The notes under the pieces were generated by a model, which saw only the letters and a program-made list of their open reading frames with translations, was not told the origin of the DNA and did not search any database. Made by a program: the position numbers and the translations under genes. Positions 20,226-30,090 of a stretch of 30,090 nucleotides of DNA are shown piece after piece; the stretch's first letter is position 1; every line of letters starts with the position of its first letter. Source of the DNA: Kiloniellales bacterium. GTDB taxonomy: Bacteria > Pseudomonadota > Alphaproteobacteria > Kiloniellales > JAKSDN01. The stretch lies in the NCBI GenBank assembly GCA_036444135.1, contig JAZFZX010000252.1:1-30090 (forward strand). Direction: 5' to 3'.

Positions 20226-21065
20226 ATGCGTGGTGCCAATCGTTCTTCCCCGGCCGGCCGCGTGATTCGTCGATGGCTGGCCTCGGTGACCGTCGTCCTG
20301 GCTTTGGCGGCCTGCGGCGGCAATGACGAGCCGGTTTATATCGAGCGCCCGGTCGAGGACCTTTACAACACCGCCATGAATCAACTCGCGGCAGAGGACT
20401 ATCCCGAGGCGGCGCGCTTGTTCGACGAGGTGGAGCGTCAGCATCCCTATTCGGCCTGGGCCGCCAAGGCACAATTGATGGCCGCGTTCGCCCATTACCA
20501 AGACAGCAAGTACGACGAGACCGTGATCACCCTAGACCGTTTCATCGACCTTCACCCCGGCCACAAGGACATCGCCTACGCCTACTACCTGAGGGGCATC
20601 AGCTACTACGAACAGATTTCGGATGTCGCGCGCGACCAAAAGATGACGCGATTGGCTCTGGAAAACCTCGGGGCAATTGTCCAACGCTTCCCGGAGAGCA
20701 AGTACGCCCGCGACGCCGCCTTCAAAATGGACCTGACCCGCGATCATCTGGCGGGCAAGCACATGACGATTGGCCGCTATTATCAGCGGCAGGGGGAATT
20801 TCTCGCGGCGATCAACCGCTTTCGCCTCGTGATCAAGGACCACCAGACCACCACGCACGCCCCGGAAGCGCTGCACCGCCTGGTGGAATGCTATATGGCG
20901 ATCGGCGTGACCAACGAGGCGCAAGCCACCGCCGCGGTGCTCGGCTACAACTACCCTGGCACCGAGTGGTACGCCGACAGCTATGCCCTGCTGACCGGGA
21001 TCGACGTGATGCCCGAGGAACAAGAGGGCAGCTGGATCTCGCGCACCTGGAACGCGGTTTTCTGA
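20226..21065 (+). CDS. bamD: Outer membrane assembly lipoprotein BamD (ComL)
   Basis: Lipobox LAAC, TPR helices, VERQHPYS, FIDLHP, YAYYL, IGRYY, AVLGYNYP. Conserved position between lpxC and recN. Confidence 0.95.
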   Translation: MRGANRSSPAGRVIRRWLASVTVVLALAACGGNDEPVYIERPVEDLYNTAMNQLAAEDYPEAARLFDEVERQHPYSAWAAKAQLMAAFAHYQDSKYDETVITLDRFIDLHPGHKDIAYAYYLRGISYYEQISDVARDQKMTRLALENLGAIVQRFPESKYARDAAFKMDLTRDHLAGKHMTIGRYYQRQGEFLAAINRFRLVIKDHQTTTHAPEALHRLVECYMAIGVTNEAQATAAVLGYNYPGTEWYADSYALLTGIDVMPEEQEGSWISRTWNAVF

Positions 21066-21072
21066 GGCCGGC

Positions 21073-25804
<4,732 letters not shown>

Positions 25805-25811
25805 GGCAGCC

Positions 25812-27863
25812 CTACGGTTCGACCGGTCGGGTCGCCTGGGCGAGCCAGGCCGCCGTCTCCTGGTCGAGCAGCGGCGTCAGCTCGTCGCACACGCGGGCGT
25901 GGTAGGCGTCGAGCCAGGCCCGCTCTTCGGCGGTCAGCAGCGAGACCTCGACGAGCGACTGGTCGCTGGGTGCCAGCGTCAGGGTCTCGAAGCCCAGCAT
26001 GTCCTGCTCCTCGCCCTCGGCCTTCGCGTCCTCGGTCACGGCGACCAGGTTTTCGATCCGGATGCCATAGGCGCCGACCTTGTAGTAGCCCGGTTCGTTG
26101 GACACGATCATGCCCGGATCGAGGGCGATGCGGTTGGCGATCTTGGAAATGCGCTGCGGCCCCTCGTGGACCCCCAGATAGCTGCCGACGCCGTGGCCGG
26201 TGCCGTGATCGTAATCGAGCCCCGCCTGCCACAAGGCCAGTCGGGCCAGGCTGTCGATCTGGCTGCCGGTGGTGCCGCGCGGGAAACGGGCGCGGGCCAG
26301 CGCGATGTGGCCCTTGAGCACCCGCGTGAAGCGGTCGCGCATCTCAGGCGTCGGATCGCCGATGGCCAGCGTTCGCGTCACGTCGGTCGTCCCGTCCAGA
26401 TATTGCCCTCCGGAATCGACCAGATAGAGCTCGCCCTTGGCCAAGTACCGGTTGCTTTCTTCGGTCACCCGGTAATGCATGCTGGCGCCGTTCGGCCCCG
26501 ACCCCGAGATGGTGTTGAACGACAGATCGCGCAGCTCCGCCGACTCGGCCCGAAAGGCCGTCAGCCGCTCGGCGGCGTCGATCTCGCTGATGCCGACATT
26601 GTCCCCGACATCGGCGGTCGCGGCCGCGAGCCACGCCAGGAACCGGGTGAGCGCAACCCCGTCGCGCCGATGCGCGTTGCGGGCGCCGTCCAGCTCGACC
26701 GCGTTCTTCCTGGCCTTGGGAAGCAGGCAGGGATCGTCGCCCTTGACGATCTTGGCCTCCGCCGCCTTCAACCGGTCGAACACCCAGGCCGCGCCGGTCG
26801 CCGGATCGGCTTGCACCGCCTTGCCCGCCGCCACCAAGGTGTCCAGCGCCGCGCCCAGCTCGGCAGGCGCATGGATGCTCACCTCCTCGCCCAGGTGGTC
26901 CTGCAGGCCGGGCACCAGCTTGCGGCTGTCGATGAACCAGTCCACATGGCCGTCGGCGTGAACCACCGCGAACGACAGCGCCAAGGGTACGTGGCTCACG
27001 TCGCCGCCGCGCACGTTGAGCAGCCAGGCGATGGAATCCGGCAGCGTGAGCACGGCCGCATCGGCGCCGTTCGAGGCCAGGGTCTTGCAAATTTCCCGGC
27101 GTTTGTCCGCCGAATCCCGACCCGCGTAGGTCGCGGCGTGGGCGACAACGGGGGCAATCGGCGGCGCGGGCTGGTCGGCCCAGACGGCATCCACGGGGTT
27201 GGTTTCGCAGGCGGCCAGACCGCCGCCGGCCTTCTCTGCCGCGGCGCTCAGGCGCGCCACCTGGCCATGCGTGTGCAGCCAGGGGTCGTAGCCCAGCTTT
27301 GCCTCGGGCGGCAGATGGGCCTCGATCCAGCCCTCGGGCGGCTGTTCGATCAGGTGCTGCGGCGCATAAAGCGTGGTGTCGACCTGCGCCCGGGCCTGCA
27401 AGGTGTAGCGCCCATCGACGAAGATCGCCGCCCGATCCGCCAGCACCACGGCGACACCGGCCGATCCGTTGAAGCCGGTGAGCCATCCCAGACGCCCCGC
27501 CTGCAGGGCGACATATTCTCCTTGGTGCGCGTCGGCGCGCGGCACCAGAAATCCGCCCAGTCCCTGGCGGGCCAATTCGCCGCGCAACGCCGCGAGCCGG
27601 GCAGCCGCGTCCAACGGTTCACCAGCCGCGGCGGCCTGGGCGGCCTTCAATTCGGTCTTGAGGGCCTGCAACTGGTCCTCGAGCGCCGAGGGCAACGCGT
27701 CGCCGATGAGCGCCATCCACGCCCGCGGATCGAAACCCTCGGGCGCCGCCAAGACCCCCGTCAAGAGATCGCGGATGCCAGCGGCGTCGTACGCGCTGCC
27801 CGCCTCGGACAGCAGGCCGTCGAGCGCCTGGTCACCGGCATAGCTTATCGAGTCTCGTGTCAT
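25812..27863 (-). CDS. Aminopeptidase P family (M24B, Xaa-Pro aminopeptidase) with an N-terminal extension of about 83 aa
   Basis: Creatinase-N start LVPRADAHQGEY and metal-ligand motifs DSGGQYLDGTTDVTRT, HGTGHGVG, VHEGP, SNEPGYY, GIRIEN. ATG at 27863 lies downstream of a good promoter. Confidence 0.93.
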   Translation of the reverse strand: MTRDSISYAGDQALDGLLSEAGSAYDAAGIRDLLTGVLAAPEGFDPRAWMALIGDALPSALEDQLQALKTELKAAQAAAAGEPLDAAARLAALRGELARQGLGGFLVPRADAHQGEYVALQAGRLGWLTGFNGSAGVAVVLADRAAIFVDGRYTLQARAQVDTTLYAPQHLIEQPPEGWIEAHLPPEAKLGYDPWLHTHGQVARLSAAAEKAGGGLAACETNPVDAVWADQPAPPIAPVVAHAATYAGRDSADKRREICKTLASNGADAAVLTLPDSIAWLLNVRGGDVSHVPLALSFAVVHADGHVDWFIDSRKLVPGLQDHLGEEVSIHAPAELGAALDTLVAAGKAVQADPATGAAWVFDRLKAAEAKIVKGDDPCLLPKARKNAVELDGARNAHRRDGVALTRFLAWLAAATADVGDNVGISEIDAAERLTAFRAESAELRDLSFNTISGSGPNGASMHYRVTEESNRYLAKGELYLVDSGGQYLDGTTDVTRTLAIGDPTPEMRDRFTRVLKGHIALARARFPRGTTGSQIDSLARLALWQAGLDYDHGTGHGVGSYLGVHEGPQRISKIANRIALDPGMIVSNEPGYYKVGAYGIRIENLVAVTEDAKAEGEEQDMLGFETLTLAPSDQSLVEVSLLTAEERAWLDAYHARVCDELTPLLDQETAAWLAQATRPVEP

Positions 27864-27898
27864 AGGACCGCCCAGATGCGCCGGATAGGGTGCCTGGC

Positions 27899-27927
27899 AA
27901 GCTATGTCCCCCACCCCCGGCTGACAA
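27899..27927 (-). promoter_or_regulatory. Putative sigma70 promoter for the aminopeptidase P gene
   Basis: Minus strand TTGTCA (27927-22), 17-bp spacer, TAGCTT (27904-27899), 35 nt upstream of the ATG at 27863. Confidence 0.65.
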
Positions 27928-28137
27928 GACCCGGTGTTTGGAATCCGGGTGCAGGAAGCGGGCCAAGAGCTATGCCGGCGGCGCAATGCTGCAGTGCAAT
28001 ATCTCCGCTCCCGTTGCCGGCTCCGGCGGCTCATCTTCGCAGTAACGACGGGTGATGCAGACGTGTTCACGCTGCGCACCGCCAGTGTTTGTTAACCCAG
28101 CGATGAAGTTCGCACGATCGACTAAGGAGTTCGACTC

Positions 28138-28860
28138 ATGTCTCGTTTGACCGAGAGAGAGATTTTGGAGATTCGCCGGGTCAAGGGCGCCGTTCACCAA
28201 GGGGCGCGAGATGAGGTTTCTCAGGTTTGTCTCGCCGACGGGACGCCGTCCCGGCAATCAACGCCGCTTGCCGATTTCGCAACCATCGTGGCCCGCCACA
28301 GCGGCCTGGCCGATATTGGTTGGGTCCTTCGGCACAAGATCGCCGCTCCCATCCTGCATGCCATTCGCGTGCGGCAGGCCATCAGGGCACTGGAGCCGAT
28401 GAGCGATATCCTGTTGCGGGACATCGGCATCGACCGGAACCGGATAGAAGAGACCGTCAGGGGCATGGTTGCCGATTCAACGCCCGCGATGCGCCCGGCG
28501 GTTGGCCCTTTCGCGGCCCTGCGGCGCTGGCAGAGCCAGCGGCACACGATCAACGAGCTGAGCCGCCTGAACGACCGTGTCCTCAAAGACATCGGAATCC
28601 TTCGGAGCGAAATTCCGAACCTCGCCGCACGGATGCACAGGACCGGGACGGACGGCCGCATGGCGGGACTTGGTTCCGATCATGTGATGGCCCGCACCAC
28701 GTCTGCGATGCACGGCATCCAGCAGTGGAACCTGAGCCGGCAGGCAGCCAACGATATGGCCCGCATCGATCAGGAAGCCCTGGCCGACCTGGGTTATGTG
28801 AAGGGCGACGTCGACAGGGTCCCCGAGGGGCTTTCGGAGCGTAAGCTCGCCGCCGGCTGA
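28138..28860 (+). CDS. Protein with three tandem DUF1127 (YjiS-like) units
   Basis: TAAGGAG RBS. Three copies of the L..L.D..L.DIG pattern: ALEPMSDILLRDIGIDR, ELSRLNDRVLKDIGILRSEI, DMARIDQEALADLGYVKGDV. Confidence 0.85.
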   Translation: MSRLTEREILEIRRVKGAVHQGARDEVSQVCLADGTPSRQSTPLADFATIVARHSGLADIGWVLRHKIAAPILHAIRVRQAIRALEPMSDILLRDIGIDRNRIEETVRGMVADSTPAMRPAVGPFAALRRWQSQRHTINELSRLNDRVLKDIGILRSEIPNLAARMHRTGTDGRMAGLGSDHVMARTTSAMHGIQQWNLSRQAANDMARIDQEALADLGYVKGDVDRVPEGLSERKLAAG

Positions 28861-28889
28861 AAGAACCCGGAATAGCCGAGCCAGACAGA

Positions 28890-28951
28890 CGCGGCTCGCG
28901 CAAACGGCCAACGCCTCCCGATTGGCCGCAGCGTGAGCCGTGCTTTCTTTT
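28890..28951 (+). terminator. Intrinsic terminator-like hairpin downstream of the DUF1127 gene
   Basis: Outer stem CGGCTCGCGC/GCGTGAGCCG, inner stem CGGCCAA/TTGGCCG, followed by TTTCTTTT. Lies between convergent genes. Confidence 0.65.
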
Positions 28952-28953
28952 CC

Positions 28954-29832
28954 CTAACCGGCCAGGACCAGGGTGACCCACTCGCCCAGTGCAATTCGCC
29001 GATTGCGCCTGAGGCCCGCGGCCCGGTAGCGGGCGATGACCGCGGGTTCCTGATCCCGCAGCAAGCCGGACAGAATGACGATGCCCCGCGGCGCCAGGTT
29101 GCGGCGCAGATCGCCGGCCATGCGGATGAGTGGCCCGGCCAGGATGTTGGCGGCGATCAGGTCATAGGGTCCGCGCTGGGCCACGGCCGCGTGACGGAAC
29201 CCGTCCGCCTGAATGGCACGCACCCGGCGTGCGACCGCGTTCAGGCGGGCGTTCGCAATCGTCACCTGCACGGCCACCGGATCCACGTCACAGGCCATCA
29301 CCGCGGCCGGCCACAGCTTGGCCATGGCGATGGCCAGAACCCCGGCACCGCAGCCGAGGTCGAGCGGCCGATGCGGCCGCGCCCGGCGCGCCAGCCCGTC
29401 GAGCGCCAACAGGCAGCCCCGGGTCGATTCGTGGTGGCCGGTGCCGAAGGCCTGTCCGGCGTCGATGCGGATCGCGATCGTCCCCGCCGGCGGCGGGTCC
29501 GCCAGGGGCGCACCGAACAGGTAGAAACGCCCGGCGCGCACCGGCGGCCGGGCCTTCCGGCTCTCCACCGCCCAGTCGAGCGGCGGCAGGCATTCCAGCA
29601 CGACCTCGGGCACCGCCGTCCCGGTGGCGGCCGCGGCAGCGGCCAGCAGGGCATTCAGCTCCGCCGGGTCCGGCTGGGTGGCGAAATAGGCCTCGAGGGG
29701 CACGGGACGGGGCGTATCGGGTGGGCCGGTGACGGTCGCCCCGCCGAGGCGCTGCAGCGCCGCCTCGATCAGACCGAGTGCCGCCCCGGGCACCGAAAGC
29801 AGGAGTCGGACTCCGCCGGATTCGGCAGACAC
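28954..29832 (-). CDS. prmA: 50S ribosomal protein L11 methyltransferase
   Basis: AFGTGHHEST, SAM motif LDLGCGAGVLAIA, DVDPVAV, YDLIAANILAGPL, ILSGLL. GTG start. Confidence 0.9.
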   Translation of the reverse strand: MSAESGGVRLLLSVPGAALGLIEAALQRLGGATVTGPPDTPRPVPLEAYFATQPDPAELNALLAAAAAATGTAVPEVVLECLPPLDWAVESRKARPPVRAGRFYLFGAPLADPPPAGTIAIRIDAGQAFGTGHHESTRGCLLALDGLARRARPHRPLDLGCGAGVLAIAMAKLWPAAVMACDVDPVAVQVTIANARLNAVARRVRAIQADGFRHAAVAQRGPYDLIAANILAGPLIRMAGDLRRNLAPRGIVILSGLLRDQEPAVIARYRAAGLRRNRRIALGEWVTLVLAG

Positions 29833-29836
29833 CCGC

Positions 29837-30090
29837 CTAACCCGCCTGATCCTCCGGGACCACGAAGCCGGCCATCACCTTCTTCTGACCCGCCTTGTCG
29901 AAGCCGATGGTCAGGCGTTCGCCATCTACCTTCTGCACGGTCCCGTAGCCGAACTTGTGGTGGAACACCCGGTCCCCCGCCGCGCGGCCCTGCCCGGCCA
30001 AGGGCTCGACCACCGTGGGCACCACGTCGATGAAGCGTTCGCCGCGGCCGGAGCGCGCCCGCGCCCGCACCATGCCCGGCGACCAGTGGG
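29837..30090 (-). CDS. uvrD: C-terminal fragment of a UvrD/PcrA helicase (continues beyond the window)
   Basis: Tudor-like tail GDRVFHHKFGYGTVQKVDGERLTIGFDKAGQKKV, typical of alphaproteobacterial UvrD. The frame is open to the window edge. Confidence 0.75.
   Translation of the reverse strand, partial: HWSPGMVRARARSGRGERFIDVVPTVVEPLAGQGRAAGDRVFHHKFGYGTVQKVDGERLTIGFDKAGQKKVMAGFVVPEDQAG

Noticed and set aside
20900-21072. Possible SOS (LexA) control of recN
   Set aside because: No GTTC-N7-GTTC or GAAC-N7-GAAC box was seen upstream. recN starts 7 nt after bamD and looks co-transcribed.
27905-27921. G-rich spacer (GGGGGTGGGGG on the minus strand) as a G-quadruplex
   Set aside because: Only two G runs. 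It is adequately explained as the 17-bp promoter spacer.
28091-28096. GTTAAC upstream of the DUF1127 gene as a CtrA site
   Set aside because: Only a half-site, with no second TTAA at N7 spacing.

Overview
High-GC alphaproteobacterial chromosome (probably Rhodospirillales sensu lato; inferred from gene order and protein style). Bases 217-24857 hold a complete, intact division and cell wall (dcw) cluster and its usual tail: mraZ-rsmH-ftsL-ftsI-murE-murF-mraY-murD-ftsW-murG-murC-murB-ddl-ftsQ-ftsA-ftsZ-lpxC-bamD-recN-ligA, mostly linked by 4-nt stop/start overlaps. These are followed by a PLP-dependent Ser/Thr dehydratase (+), an aminopeptidase P (-), a DUF1127-repeat gene (+), prmA (-) and the 3' end of a UvrD/PcrA helicase (-). 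I found no mobile elements, CRISPR arrays, rRNA or tRNA. The best leads are small: (1) a UPF0149 (YgfB/YecA)-like domain apparently fused to the N-terminus of aminopeptidase P; (2) a protein with three tandem DUF1127 units whose 3' UTR hairpin shows a CCUCCC anti-Shine-Dalgarno loop, reminiscent of DUF1127/cuckoo sRNA loci; (3) a dense regulatory region upstream of mraZ with NrdR-like boxes 32 bp apart, a CtrA-like box and five 10-bp-phased MraZ boxes; (4) a compact three-way-junction RNA leader upstream of lpxC. All family assignments come from motif recognition by eye; no database searches were run.
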